Source: Octopus vulgaris
Taxonomy: Eukaryota
DNA length: 64,000 nt
Direction: 5' to 3'
Assembly: GCA_951406725.2 (NCBI GenBank)
Contig: OX597829.1
Coordinates: 22,630,001 to 22,694,000, forward strand
In this document: positions 1 to 13,609 of the stretch, one piece after another
How positions within the stretch are numbered: position 1 is the stretch's first letter
How the letters are laid out: the number at the start of each line of letters is the position of its first letter
The notes under the pieces: model-generated
Told to the model about the DNA's origin: nothing
The model's database searches: none
Seen by the model: only the letters and a program-made list of their open reading frames with translations
Translations under genes and position numbers: made by a program

Positions 1-141
1 CCCCAAGGAAAAAAATAAGCTAAGAGCATTAGATTCCTTGGAAGAAAGCAGTGAATGTATACAAAAACAAGTACATTGTTATACAAATATAAATACAATA
101 AAAATAACAGGAAATAACATATATATGTATGTATATGTATG

Positions 142-207
<66 letters not shown>

Positions 208-451
208 GTTTATATCTATTTCATTCCCTAATTTTGGGTTTTTTTATTTGCATACACAGCAAACCTAGCTGCTAGCCATAAGCTATAAAATAACTTTTTT
301 CAGCTATCAAACTTTGATATGGGAAAAATCTACAACCTTCTAAGCTTCCATTGTTTCTGAAAGTTGTTTTTTATATCTTCTAGGGATTGCTCAAAGCTTA
401 CTAACTTCCTATACTTGGATCCTTGGATCTTACCGTTACCTATTAATATAT

Positions 452-498
<47 letters not shown>

Positions 499-659
499 AA
501 ATGAGAAAATGGAGAAATATATCTATACACGAGCAAAACGCCCCTCCCCCTGTCCAATGGACGGTACTGAGTTGTCAGACATTTGAACTAAAGTTTCTCA
601 AAACAACTTGTCCGACCGTCCCATAGGCCGCCCCTTTGAGAAACACTGATTTAACCTAA

Positions 660-904
660 ATTTGAGACACCAGCAAAAGAAGAAATAAAAATAGACTTAT
701 TTTCTATTCCAAAGAAAAATTAATTCCCACGGCTTTATCGATTGCATTCTCACCTGGAATCGATTTTTGTAATTTTTTCATGACTTATACACGCCCTAAT
801 ACCGTTGGTATCTACATATCAAATTTGAGTGCAATCGGATGGAGGATGCCCGAGATCCTAGAAGCCACACACACAGACAGACAGAACGGATTTTATATAA
901 TAGA
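660..904 (-). mobile_element. Non-autonomous Helitron-like element, 5' terminal fragment
   Basis: Ends in ...cacacagacagacagaacggattttatataatagat, i.e. minus-strand A|TCTATTATATAAAA. This is the same 5' terminus style as the complete Helitron-like copies at 30436-31742 and 50506-51085. No 3' CTAG end found. Confidence 0.55.
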
Positions 905-1237
905 TATGTTTAAATGTATATATGTATGTATGTATGCATGTATGTATGTATTGCATATACACATATGTATACTGTGTCTCGTGTGCGTGTGTGTGTATAA
1001 TATGTATGGTAGTAATAATTTTATAGTTGGGTATATCACTTGTATTATGCTGTTTAAAGCCTGTTCACTGTATTCGGTTACCTGATGTGATCAAGAGTGT
1101 TGATTTAAATGCCGCTGGATTTACATCAGGAATTCCTTTGTGTTTTTAGAGTTTATATAAAAAAAAGATGAGAGACGCAAAATGGAATTCACAAGACTCT
1201 TTATTCAGAACCACAACAACTGTTTCGAATCATTTTG

Positions 1238-1273
1238 CACATGATGAAACAATGAGTCGAAACGATCGTAGTG
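1238..1273 (+). ncRNA. Degenerate hammerhead ribozyme motif within a short inverted repeat (1194-1290)
   Basis: cac-ATGATGA-aacaatgagtc-GAA-ACGATCGT-A-gtg followed by AATAAA. C3 is mutated and stem II is poor. A partial inverted copy lies to the left. Confidence 0.4.
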
Positions 1274-1756
1274 ACTCTGAATAAAGAGTCTCTTAAATTA
1301 TTTTACGTGCCGCTAGTCTTTTTATGTTTGTGTAATATGTGTGCAAATAACAATGCACTCTGGCATGTGTGCGTGTGTGTGTGTGTGTGTGCATTTATGT
1401 GTGAACGTGTTTATTTGTGTGTCTGCGTGTGTGAGTGCATGTGTTTGTGAATGTGTGTGTGTATGTGTGAATGCGTGCATACCCATGTGTGCTGTGTGTG
1501 TATGCTTACATGTCTTTGTGTTGTGTATGTGTGAGTATTGCGTTTGTTGTTCTCCTGCATTCTTTACCACCAGACAACAAAGAAGCCTCTTAACTGGTTG
1601 CTCGACCTGCTAGAAACAGCAAGCGAGTCTTTCTCAAATCATACCACCCCCTCCTACCGTTGTTTTTAGAAAAAGGAGCATGTTTGAAATAATACGGTGC
1701 TGGATTCCTCATACAAAGGAGGAAGACAGGTTGGTCATGGTAGGAAAGCGTTCAGT

Positions 1757-1819
<63 letters not shown>

Positions 1820-2350
1820 GTTCAATCAAGATGTTAAAGTATATAACAACAGTCGATGTTCCTCCGCCCTCTCCTCTCCAGACTGTCTTCTTGCCTTAAT
1901 TTTGGTTACAACCAAAATCTTTTGTCTTTGGAGTAAACAGAAGAAGAAGAAAAAAAAAATGCCAGGAGTGGAAGGGGCAAGATAACGGAGGTGAGGGGTG
2001 GGGTGGGGGGAGGAGAGGAAAGCAGATTTTGGTAGGTAGGTCTGTAAGGGAAGAGAAAGAGAGAGAGAGAGAGAGAGAGAAGAAACAGAGAGACAGACAG
2101 AGAGACAGAGAGGGAGGGAGGGAGAGAGAAAGAAAGAGGGAAGACGGGTCGGACGGAGGAGAAGAAGAAGAAGAAAAAGAAGAGGAAGGAAGGAAGGGTG
2201 TATGAGGTTTGGTTAATAAGGTTGCCGTTAGGGTGTGTGTGTGTGTGTGTGTGTGTAGGAGGGGAGGGGAGGGAGACTGTAGAGAGTGAAGGGAGGAGTT
2301 GAGGGTATAACGTATACATTGGCAGACAGTAAACAACACAAAAAAGCGGT

Positions 2351-2438
<88 letters not shown>

Positions 2439-2490
2439 GCTACTACTGCTACTACTGCTGCTGCTACTGCTACTGCTGCTGCTGCTGCTG
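2351..2490. repeat. (TAC/TGC)n trinucleotide tract
   Basis: Direct reading. Confidence 0.95.
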
Positions 2491-3061
2491 CGCTAGTCGA
2501 TGATGTTTGTTATATTTTGCTTAAAGATTTAAGTTTGTGTGTGATGGTGAGTGACAAATGAAGATTGTGTGATGTTCATGCTTTTTCCTCTAAGCCAATA
2601 ACAATTGGTTGGTTGGTTGTTTTTTTTTCTTTTGTTGTTTTTTTTTTCTCCTCCGCCATGCCAACCCTTCTCTCACACCACCCCGCCAAACCGCCGCCGT
2701 CAAACCACCCTTACCCCTACCCCTACCGTACCCCACACCTCACCCCCACACCCCACACCCTACCTAATTTGCCTTCAGAGACCTAACTTAAATTTCTGAA
2801 AGCTGGGTCATGACCCGAGACTTAACCAACTGGTATTTTGATTGGTCGGCTCTCATGTCACCCATCATCGAACAAGCAGACCTATGATAGATGAAAGGTA
2901 CTCCAAAACATGACCTTCTCAACTTTCTTTTGTTTATCCCCCCCCGAACCATAAGTTATCTATTCAATACATCTTACGTTTTTTTTTTTTTTAAATACAG
3001 ACGTGATAGGCGGGCGGCGGCGGCGGCGGCGGCTGCGGTGATGGTGGTGGCAGCGGTAGCA

Positions 3062-3378
<317 letters not shown>

Positions 3379-3599
3379 GGGATGGGGGGAGAGCTGAATT
3401 GGTTGTTATTTCTAGCGAACATGTCATACATGTTTAAAATATTTTGTGTGTTAGTTTTTAGTGCGTCAAACAAAATGCTTAGCAACAGTTCTTCCGGTTC
3501 AAATTCTGCTTCGTTTAAGTTTGCCTTTCATACTTTCGGTGGCTCGATTAAAATTTTAAAAATCCAGTCAACTACTGAGCTAGATGGAATCGACCTGCC

Positions 3600-4461
3600 T
3601 CCTCTTCTTCTTCTTCTTCAACTTCCTCCTCCTCTTTTCTTCTTCTTCTTCTTCTTCTTCTTCTTCTTCTTCTTCTTCTTCCTTCTTCTCCCTCCTCCTT
3701 TTCTTCTTCTCCTTCCTCCTCCTTTTCTTCTTCTTCTCCTTCCCTCCTCTTCTTCTTCTACTCCTTCCCTCCTCCCCTCCTCATCCTCCACTTCTTCTTC
3801 TACTCCTTCCCTCCTCCCCTCCTCATCCTCCACTTCTTCTTCTCCTCCTTCCTCCACTTCTTCTTCTTCTTTCCTCTCCTTCTCCATCCTCCTCTTCCCC
3901 CTCCTCCTCTTCTTCTTCTCCTTTCTCCACTTCTTCTCCTTCCTCTTCTTCTTCTTCTTCTCCTTCTTCTTCTTCTTCTTCTTCTTCTTCTCCTTCCTCC
4001 TCTTCTTCTTCTTCTCCTCTTCTTCTTCTCCTCCTCTTCTTCTTCTTCTCCTTCTTCTTCTACTTCTTCCTCTTCTCCTTCTTCTTCTTCTTCTTCTTCT
4101 CCTTCCTCCTCTTCTTCTTCTTCTTCTCCTCTTCTTCTTCTTCTCCTTCTTCTACTTCTTCCTCCTCCTCTTCTTCTTCTTCTTCTTCTTCTTCTCCTTC
4201 CTCCTCCTCTTCTTCTTCTTCTCCTTCCTCCTCCTCTTCTTCTTCTTCTTCTTCTTCTTCTTCTTCCTTCCTCCTCTTCTTCTTCTTCTTCTTTTTCTCC
4301 TTCCTCCTCTTCTTCTTCTTCTTCTTCTTCTTCTTCTCCTTCCTCCTCTTCTTCTTCTTCTTCTTCCCCTTCTTCTCCTCCCTCCTCTTCTTCTTCTCCT
4401 TCCTCCTCTTCTCCTTCCTCTTCCTCTCCTTTTTCTCCTCTTCTTCTTCTTCTTCTTCTCT

Positions 4462-4493
<32 letters not shown>

Positions 4494-4636
4494 TTCTTCT
4501 TCTCCTTCCTCTTCTTCTTCTCCTTCCTTCTTCTTCTTCTCCTTCTTCTTCTTCTTCTTCTTCTTCTTCTTCTTCTTCTTCTTCTTCTTCTTCTTCTTCT
4601 TCTTCTTCCTCCTCTTCTTCTTCTTCTTCCTCCCCC
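3600..4636. repeat. ~1 kb (CTT/CCT)n polypyrimidine tract
   Basis: Direct reading; almost purely pyrimidine on the + strand. Confidence 0.97.
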
Positions 4637-4689
4637 CTGCTCTAATCATCCTCCCTACTTTCAAAAATTGCTGACCTTGTGCCAAAGTG

Positions 4690-4858
4690 CAGGTGTGGCT
4701 GTGTGATAAGAAGCTTACTTCCCAATCACATGGTTCCGGGTTCAGTTCCACTGCGTGGTACCTTGGGCAACCAAAGCCTTGTGAGTATATTTGGTAGAGG
4801 GAAACTGAAAGAAGCGAAATGGATGTGTCATGTTCAGTTAAAATAGTAAATAAATAAT

Positions 4859-4909
<51 letters not shown>

Positions 4910-5285
4910 GCAGATATGGGTAAGGACGTCACCAACGGTGCAAATAACATGAAATACGTAAACAACGAGAAAAATGGAAAACAGGACAAGTAAACACAGA
5001 GAAAGGACCCTTCATCAGTTGTCAGCTGTCTATTTACTCCTCATTTCGAGCATTCAACACATATATATATACGTGGTGGGGGAGGGGTTGTCCCCTACTA
5101 CCATCACTTGAAAACCGATGTTAGTATGTTTACGTCCCCGTTATCTAGCGGTTCGGAAAAGGCGGGGAGGCAATCGGATAAGTACTAGGCTTACAAAGAA
5201 TAAGTCCTGGGGTCGATTTGTTCGACTAAAAGCGGTGTTCCAGCATGGCCGCAGTCAAATGACTGAAACAAGTAAAAGTATAAAA
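4690..5285 (+). mobile_element. SINE family A copy, interrupted by an insertion in its central microsatellite
   Basis: tRNA-like head gtggctgtgtgataag...ggttcagttcc and 3' tail ...gcagtcaaatgactgaaacaagtaaaag. The middle holds a diverged member of the 11583/43830 element family. Confidence 0.75.
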
Positions 5286-5552
5286 GATCACTGTTGCTGC
5301 TTCCTTTTATCAGCTTCCCACACCTCGGAAGAAAGACTATAAAGAACCCGTGTTTTTGTTTTTGTTTTAGAATTTTACCCCTAACCCGAACGTAAACTTC
5401 GTCGTTGTTACATGATCTTCGTTGTAAAATTTCTCCTAAACTCTTGAAGTGTTTCAAATTTTCTCCAGTTTTGTCTTTCAAATTTTCTATTCTGATGTAA
5501 TTTCGTTATCGCTAATTTCTTGAAAATAAATCAGTTTTCTTCATCAGCTGGA

Positions 5553-6000
5553 TTGGCTGTGTGGTAAGTAGCTTGCTTACCAACCTCATGGTTCCGGGTT
5601 CAGTCCCACTGCGTGGCATCTTGGGCATATGTCTTCTACTATAGCCTTTGGCCAACGAAAAGCTTGTGAGTGGATTTGGTAGACGGAAACTGAAAGAAGC
5701 TCGTCGTATGTATGTATGTATATGTATATATGTGTGTGTGTGTGTGTGCGTGTGTATGTGTGTGTGTGTGTATGTTTGTGTGTATGTGTGTGTGTATGTT
5801 TGTGTGTCTGTGCTTGTGTCCCTAGCATTGCTTGACAACGGATGCTGGTGTATTTACGCTCCCGTAACTTAGCGGTTCGGCAAAAGAGACCGATAGAATA
5901 CGTACTAGGCTTACAAAGAATAAGTCCCGTGGTCAATTTGCTCGACTAAAGTCGGTGCCCCAGCATGGCCGCAGTCAAATGACTGAAACAAGTAAAGAGC
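5553..6000 (+). mobile_element. SINE family A (tRNA-derived head, internal microsatellite)
   Basis: A-box-like tggctgtgtggtaag, B-box-like ggttcagtccc, central (TG/TA)n and conserved tail gactgaaacaagtaaa. More than 15 copies occur in the window. Confidence 0.85.
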
Positions 6001-6028
6001 ATACAAAACTACATTATTTGAAATTCTG

Positions 6029-6410
6029 AAGGCGGCGAGCTGGCAGACACGTTAGCGCACCGGTCGGAATACTTAGCGGTATTTCGTCTGTCTTTACGTT
6101 CTGAGTTCAAATTCCGCCGAGGTCGACTTTACCTTTCATCCTTTCGGGGTCGATTAAATAAGTTCCAGTTACGCACTGGGGTCGATATAATCGACTTAAT
6201 CCGTGTGTCTGTCCTTGTGTCTGTCTGTGTGTGTAGCCCCTTGTGGGTAGTAAAGAAATAGGTATTTCGTCTACTGTCTACGTTGTGAGTTCAAATTCCA
6301 CCGAGGTCGACTCTCCTTTCCGGGTCGATAAATTAAGTACCAGTGACACAATGGAGTCAACGTAATCGAATAGCTCCCTCCTGCACAACTTCAGGCCTTG
6401 CGCTTCTGGT
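6029..6410 (+). mobile_element. SINE family B (Meta/MESC-like central domain)
   Basis: aaggcggcgagctggcaga...gagttcaaattccgccgaggtcgacttt.cctttcatcctttcggggtcgat...; many copies in the window. The domain name is from recall of MetaSINE consensus sequences. Confidence 0.8.
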
Positions 6411-6989
6411 AAAAATATTATTTGAAAATTTGGTGAAAATTCGAAACACTTGAAGCGGTTAGAAAGAAAATTCGACAAAAGCCTTTTTGTTGTCGTTGTT
6501 TTTTGGCCCCAGGTCGTCGAACATGATCAAGCAGAGAAACGTGGATACGAATAGTCCAACATTTTTTCTTCTTTCTTTCTTTTTATTGTTGTCCAATCAG
6601 GAGAAAGGGCTGTGTCCATGACCCCTTACAGAGTTTCCCCAGACTGGTTGGGCTGAGGAGAGAGGAAGGAAAGGATCCTTAAACTAAGAAACTGTTCTGA
6701 ATTGTTTGCAGCAAAGTGGACACTGCTAAAGATACCCACAAAAGCCAAGCGTTGTTGTCCAACCTGATGTGTTATGTTCCATACGGTTAAACGATCATTA
6801 TGAGGATCTCGCATTGGTTTCATACCACGTTGTAGTAGTAGTAGTAGTGGTAGTAGTTGTTGTTGTTGTTGTTGTTTAGGCCCATGTCGGCTCTGATCCA
6901 GCAAGGCAATGACCAAAGTCGTTCCAGCTGTGACCATCATGGTTTCACTACAATGTAGTGACGTTATTCCAAAAGTCTTTTTATCTTTT

Positions 6990-7194
6990 TTTTTTATTTG
7001 TTTCAGTTATTAGTCTACGGCCATGCTGGAGCACCGCCGCCTTCATGAATTCCCGACTACAGTATTTAAAATTTTTTTTTTTTAAAGCCTGGTTCTTTTT
7101 CTATCGGTCTCCTTTGCAGAACCACTAATTTACGAGGACATAAACACACCAACATCGGTTGTCAAGTGGTGATGGGTGGGGGACAAACACAGAC

Positions 7195-7234
<40 letters not shown>

Positions 7235-7400
7235 ACATATATACACGACGGGCTTCTTTCAGTTTCCGTCAACCAAAACCCCTCACAAGAATTTGGCCGG
7301 CTTAAGACACTCGTCCAAGATGCTACGCGGTTGGACTGAACACCGTAACTATGAAATTGGGAAGCAAGCTTCTTACCACAACAGCAACGCCCGTACTTGT
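6990..7400 (-). mobile_element. SINE family A, diverged
   Basis: Reverse-complement similarity to 5553-6000. Confidence 0.75.
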
Positions 7401-7544
7401 CTTTCTTTCTTTCTTTTTTTCTTTTCCTGTTTCTTTTTCAAGACAACAGTGTGATGAAAAAAAAGAAAGAGGTTTAACTAATGTTTCTTTTTTTCTTTCT
7501 TATTTCTTTCTTCCTTTTTTTTTTTTTTGCTACTCTTCTACTCT

Positions 7545-7932
7545 TCTCTTCTACTTGTTTCAGTCATTTGACTGCGGCCATGCTGGAGCACCACCTTTAG
7601 TCGAGCAAATCGACCCCGGGACTTATTCTTTGTAAGCCCAGTACTTATTCTATCGGTCTCTTTTGCCGAACCGCTAAGTGACGGGGACGTAGACACACCA
7701 GCATCAGTTGTCAAGCAATGCTAGGGGGACAAACACAGACACACACACATATACATATATATATACATATATACGACAGGCTTCTTTCAGTTTCCGTCTA
7801 CCAAATCCACTCACAAGGCATTGGTCGGCCCGGGGCTATAGCAGAAGACACTTGCCCAAGATGCCACGCAGTGGGACTGAACCCGGAACCATGTGGTTGG
7901 TTAGCAAGCTACTTACCACACAGCCACTCCTG
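7545..7932 (-). mobile_element. SINE family A
   Basis: Near-identical in reverse complement to 36122-36548. Confidence 0.88.
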
Positions 7933-8852
7933 CTGTCCACGAAAATTACTGCTATTTGTTTTTGTTTTTTTTACTGATCACAAAGGAATTATTAAAGTCG
8001 ACATTGTTAAAATGTTTCAATTCTGAGGTGTGGACGTTAACACCAGCAAAACAAAAGAAACAAACAAAATCAACAATACTGGTGATGACAGAAGCGACAA
8101 GAACAAAATCAAGTATGCTTAAAAACAAATATCGTTAGACATTTAGTAAACAAGGTACCGGGTGGAAAAGGGGTACTTGTTGCAGAGGTACTAACAACAG
8201 TAGTTGTAGTAGTGGTGGCGGTGGTGGTGGTGGTGGTGGTTATACCAAGAGTAGTGGTAGTGGTAATGTTGTTGTTGTGGTTGTGGTGGTTATGGTGGCG
8301 ATGGTAGCCGCCGTCGTCGTCGTAGTAGTAGTAGTAGCAGTAGCAGCAGTAGTGGTAGTTGTACATGACAAGTGCGGGATGTTTAGTTGTTTCTGTTGTG
8401 AGTTCAAATCTCGTCAGGGCCCGAAAAAAAAAAAAAAACAAAAAAGAAAAAAAAAAAAGAACTAACAGACTAACAACAAACTAACAGACAAACAAACAAA
8501 CAAACAAACTGCATTTCAACCATTCGAGGGTGGAGGGTCAGGGTTGGCGTGCGGGGAGGGAACCGGTAAAAATAAGGCAACCAGTCAGGTACTGGGTCGA
8601 TTCCCTCCCTCCACTCCTTTTCTTACTCTCCTTCCCCCTCGCCAACCCACAACATTACCCCAGATGTGGTGGTAATGGTGGTGGTGGTGGTGGTGGCGGC
8701 AATGGTAGTGGTTGAGGGGAAGGGTGGGAGGTGGAGCGGAGCGAAGGGAGGAGGGCCTTGTTCTGTGTTTGTATAGAAATACAAACACAGCTGTTGTCAC
8801 TACATTAACTGCTGTTACTACTACTACTACTACTACTACTACTTATATTGCA

Positions 8853-8930
<78 letters not shown>

Positions 8931-8934
8931 ACCG

Positions 8935-8970
<36 letters not shown>

Positions 8971-9046
8971 ATATTTACAACCACTACCACCACTACTACT
9001 TCTACTACTTATATTACAACCACTGGTACTACTACTATTACCTATT

Positions 9047-9080
<34 letters not shown>

Positions 9081-9941
9081 AAGAAATTACCATCACAATC
9101 AACGAGAGAGCCTCTGTGTAGAACGCTCGATCTACAAGAAGTAGTAGCTAAAAGCTCTCTCAAGTCGCACCATTCCGCTCCTCTACACGCCCGCCCCTCC
9201 CCGCCTAGCTGTCTTCAAAATGCAAAAAGACATCGTACGTACATAGCATAATATATATATATATATAGTCCTCGTACAAGTCTGAACGATGGTCACGGAT
9301 GGAAGAGCTTGACTCCATCGACAGCAAATAATGGCAACTGGTACAAGCCGAGCGTGTTAGAAATAACAGCGGAACCTCAGATAAACATAATAGTCCACTG
9401 ACTAAAAGAAAAAAGAGGACAAGCCGTTTAGATATGTAGTCCTGAAGGTGGTGGTGGTGGTGGTGGTGGGGTGGGTGGTTGTGGTGGTGGTGGGGTGGGT
9501 GGTGGTTGTGGTAGTGGTGGTGGTAGTGGTGGGTGGATGGGTGGAAACCGGGTAGTTTGTATATAAGAAAAGAAAAAAAAAGAAAAACAGGGGATGGTCA
9601 CAGCTGGAGCGTCTTTGTATATAAGGCATGATCTAGAGATAAACATTCATATCACCCCTACCCCGTTCCCCCCACCCGCCATCTGCACCTCTGATACCGT
9701 TTCCACCACCGCCGCCACCGCCAACCCCAGCCACCACCGCTACCACGTCCGCCGCTATATCCGTCAACACGACGGCGACCACCACCACTACCACCACCAC
9801 CACCACCACCACAACTACTACCATCACCACTAAACCATGCTACCACCTACCGTCTTTAAAACGTCCTAGATTTAACAATAAAACGGGATCGTCGCGGCTG
9901 GAATGGTCTTTCATAATAATAATGATAATGATAATGATGAC

Positions 9942-9985
<44 letters not shown>

Positions 9986-10124
9986 CGATGATGACGATGA
10001 TAACGAAGTCAGTTCGATCAGGTCTGATCTAGATGGGTGGTGGTGGTGGTGGTGGTGGGAAGGGAGGGAGGGAGAACTAACCGACAATAACAATAACAAT
10101 TAACAACAGCAACAGCTCACCACC

Positions 10125-10172
<48 letters not shown>

Positions 10173-11462
10173 TCTATGACCAGCAGTTTGTAACTTGTCA
10201 ACCAAGCGACATTGAAACTGATGGCAACATCTTTGTGCGAAGCGAAGAACAACAACGACGACTACGACGACGACGACGACGACGGAGAAGAAGGCGGAGG
10301 AGGAGAAAGCGAAAGGCTTTAACGACGAGGAAGGAAGAAGGAAGGGGAGGGGACGATAAGCAAATGAAAAAAAAACTAAACCGCAGTAGTAGTGGTAGTG
10401 GTAGTGGTAGTGGTAAGAGGTGAGGGTGCAGTTAGAGTCATCGTGACAGTAAGGGTTGGTGGGACGGTCGGCCGGTCGGTCGGTCGGTCGGTAGATCGAC
10501 TGGTTGGCTGGTTAGTTGGTTGGCAAGTACCAAATAGCGAGCAGCGGCGGCGGCGATGTCGATGGCGACGGGTGGTAATAATCATGATGATGATGCTGCT
10601 GCTGATGGTGGTGGTGGTAGCAGTAGTTGTTGTAACAACAAGAACAGCGATGGTGGTGATTGTAGTAGTAGTAGTAACTGTGGTGATGGTGTTGGTGCTA
10701 GCAGTAGTAGTAGTAGTAGTACTAGTACTGATGGTGTTGTTGGTGGTGGTGGTGGTGGTGGTGGTGGCAGTAGCAATAGTGGTGGTATTAAACCGGAGAC
10801 GGCTGAAAGATGAAGGGTAGGGGAGGGGAAGGATTGGCGGTAGTCGGCGCGTGCCCCTCACGCGACTGTTCGAGCCGCCTGACGTTGCTTGCCGATGCCG
10901 ATGTCACATGCCAACGTCAACATCATCAACAGCATCACCACCACCACCATCACCGCAGCTACGATCATCGTCACCACCACCACCACCACCGACACCGACA
11001 CCGTCAGTAACACCACATCCGTTGTGACCGTCATCATCATCATCATCAGCAGCAGCAGCAGCACCAGCACCATCATTAAAAACTCTCATCCCCTCCCCCC
11101 CCACATCGTCGCCATCAACAGCGTCTACGAATACCACCACCACCACCACCACCACCACTACCAACGCCGCAGTCACCAACATCTTCGCCATCATCATCAT
11201 CACCGAAGCTGAAAGACCATCCGACAGACCGTCCAGCCGAACTGCCGGCTTTGCCCTGCTGGCGAGCAGACAGTCAGTCAAGCAGGCAGGCGAAGAACTG
11301 AAGAACTGAAGAACTGAAGAAGTGGAGAGGACTGCAAGAATGTGGTGAAGCGAGAGAGAGAGGGGTAGAAAAGCATATCTATTCTTTGTTTTTTTTTTTC
11401 ACAATCTCTCTCTCCTCTTCACTGTCTCTAGAACTGTCATTTTCGTTCCCTATTATATAGAT

Positions 11463-11515
<53 letters not shown>

Positions 11516-11582
11516 CATATAAAAACATACTGGGAGAAAGGAAAGAACGAAACGAAACGACGCGAGGGCGCTCAGTCATACA

Positions 11583-12082
11583 ATAATGTAATAAATAAAA
11601 TATATGCATACATACATACATACATATATGTACGTACATACACATCTACATGTATATATACATGCATATATAAATATATATATAGGACACCACAAATAGA
11701 CGTAGAACTCAACGAGAAACGAAAACATAAATACAAGGGAACGGACTTTTTTTGACAACGAAAAAAACCGAACACAGGACAAACTATCACAAGGAACATT
11801 CCCCTTCAACAGCTGTCCCCGGTTCGTTCGAAACACGCATGGAGTCGAACCGGGGACAGCTGATGAAGGGGAATGTTCCTTGTGCTGTTTGTCCTCTGTT
11901 CTGTATTTTTTTCGTTTTTAAAAAAAGGCCGTTCTCTTGTTTTTATGTTTTCGTTTCTCGTTGAGTTCTACGTCTATTTTTGGTGTCCTATATATATTTA
12001 TATATGCATGTATATACACATGTAGATGTAGGTACGTACATATATGTATGTATGTATGCATATATTTTATTTATTACATTAT
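11583..12082. mobile_element. ~500-bp inverted-repeat element (PLE-type inverted arms)
   Basis: Arms 11583-11826 and 11846-12082 are reverse complements around a 19-bp spacer. The right arm matches 43845-44105. Confidence 0.75.
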
Positions 12083-12156
12083 ACATACATATACGTACAT
12101 ACATATATATTTACATATATTTAGATAGAAATAGATAGATAGATAGACAGACAGAC

Positions 12157-12237
<81 letters not shown>

Positions 12238-12630
12238 TGTATGTATAAATATGTTTTAGCGTGTGTGTACACATTTTTGCTGTCCCCATTCGCATTCGCT
12301 GTTCCGTAATCTTCAGATTTTCGAGTATAAAGCATCTATAAATAATTTCTACTTTGTCTTGGGACACCATAAGTGTATACACTCACACACGAAACAAAAG
12401 CAAATGTGACACTCATCTGCTAGAAATAGAAGCCAAATTTTCTGACCACGCACTACGGTAAGTTAATAAAGGAAATACTGGCCGATATAGTCCTAATATA
12501 AATAATCCAATTTGTCTAATTTGTATATAAACAGTTGGGAATGATTACGGCTCGGAAACCTTTGTTCAACGAGAGCTGACCTGAGGCTAGGAAATTGAGT
12601 ATATTCAAATGTATAGTAATTATAAAGATC

Positions 12631-13025
12631 GGATCTTTTCGGTTTGAACGGCAGTTTTTTCTAGCGGTGTCATATGAAATTGTCACCCATAATTATGACC
12701 CTAGCATCGATCTATTGCATTTCAATCTGTTTTAGGGTTATGGGTGGGGGGAAGGGTATTTTCTTTTCTTCACAAATGTAAATAAACCCAATCTGTTTCT
12801 TAAACGAGGGACATATACGGCATGTAATGTTTTCATCTCAATAGACGTCATTGATTGGTTGAAATTGCATAAATTGAAGAAAAACAACAACAAATATCTT
12901 ACAAACTATAGAATTTTCTCAATAAAGCCAAGAGAAAAAGATGTTTTATAAACACATTCTACCAGTATACGAAGTTTAAAAGTGGAAATTATTAAAAAAA
13001 ACTGCCGTTCAAACCGAAAAGATCC
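12631..13025. mobile_element. Merlin-type MITE
   Basis: 30-bp perfect TIRs GGATCTTTTCGGTTTGAACGGCAGTTTTTT. The GGATCTTT terminus is shared with the Merlin element at 38209-40438. Confidence 0.8.
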
Positions 13026-13179
13026 GTATATTAATTATAAAGATCTTGTATAAGGGTAAATGTAAAATCAGCGACTTAAAGCTGGTGTACGGTGCAGAAA
13101 CAAATGTTGTAATATACATATTAAAGTTTCATATCTTCCATCTTCGTGTTGTATTATTCTTGTATATCTTTTATCTTTT

Positions 13180-13608
13180 ATTTTTTACTTGTTTCACTCA
13201 TAAGACTGCGACCATGCTGGAGCACCACCTTGCAGAATTTTTAGTCGAATGTATCGTCCCTAGTACTTTGTTTTTTTTTTGTTTTGTTTTTTTTTAAGCC
13301 GGGTACTTATTCTGTCGGTGTCTTTTGCCGAACCGCTAAGTTATGGAAACGTAAGCACACCAGCACTGGTTGTCAAGAGATGTTCGAGGGGGAGGGGAAG
13401 AAACACAAACACAAAGACACATACACACGCACATACATATATATATTTATACGATGGGCTTCTTTCAGTTTCCGTTTACCGAATCCACTCACAAGGCCTT
13501 GGTCGGCCCGAGGCTACAGTAGAAGATATTTGCCCAAGGTGTCACACAGCGGGACTGAACCTGGGAGCATGTGATTGAGAAGCAAGCTTCTTACCACGCA
13601 ACCACGCC
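13180..13608 (-). mobile_element. SINE family A
   Basis: Reverse-complement similarity to family A. Confidence 0.82.
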
Positions 13609-13609
13609 T

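Noticed and set aside
240-450. Minus-strand peptide GSKYRKLVSF...FPISKFDS*KKLFL resembling a PLE ORF N-terminal region
   Set aside because: Too short and broken to support without a search.
10235-11281. Low-complexity ORFs as exons of a host gene
   Set aside because: Open in several frames on both strands only because of trinucleotide runs; no domain or consistent splice structure.
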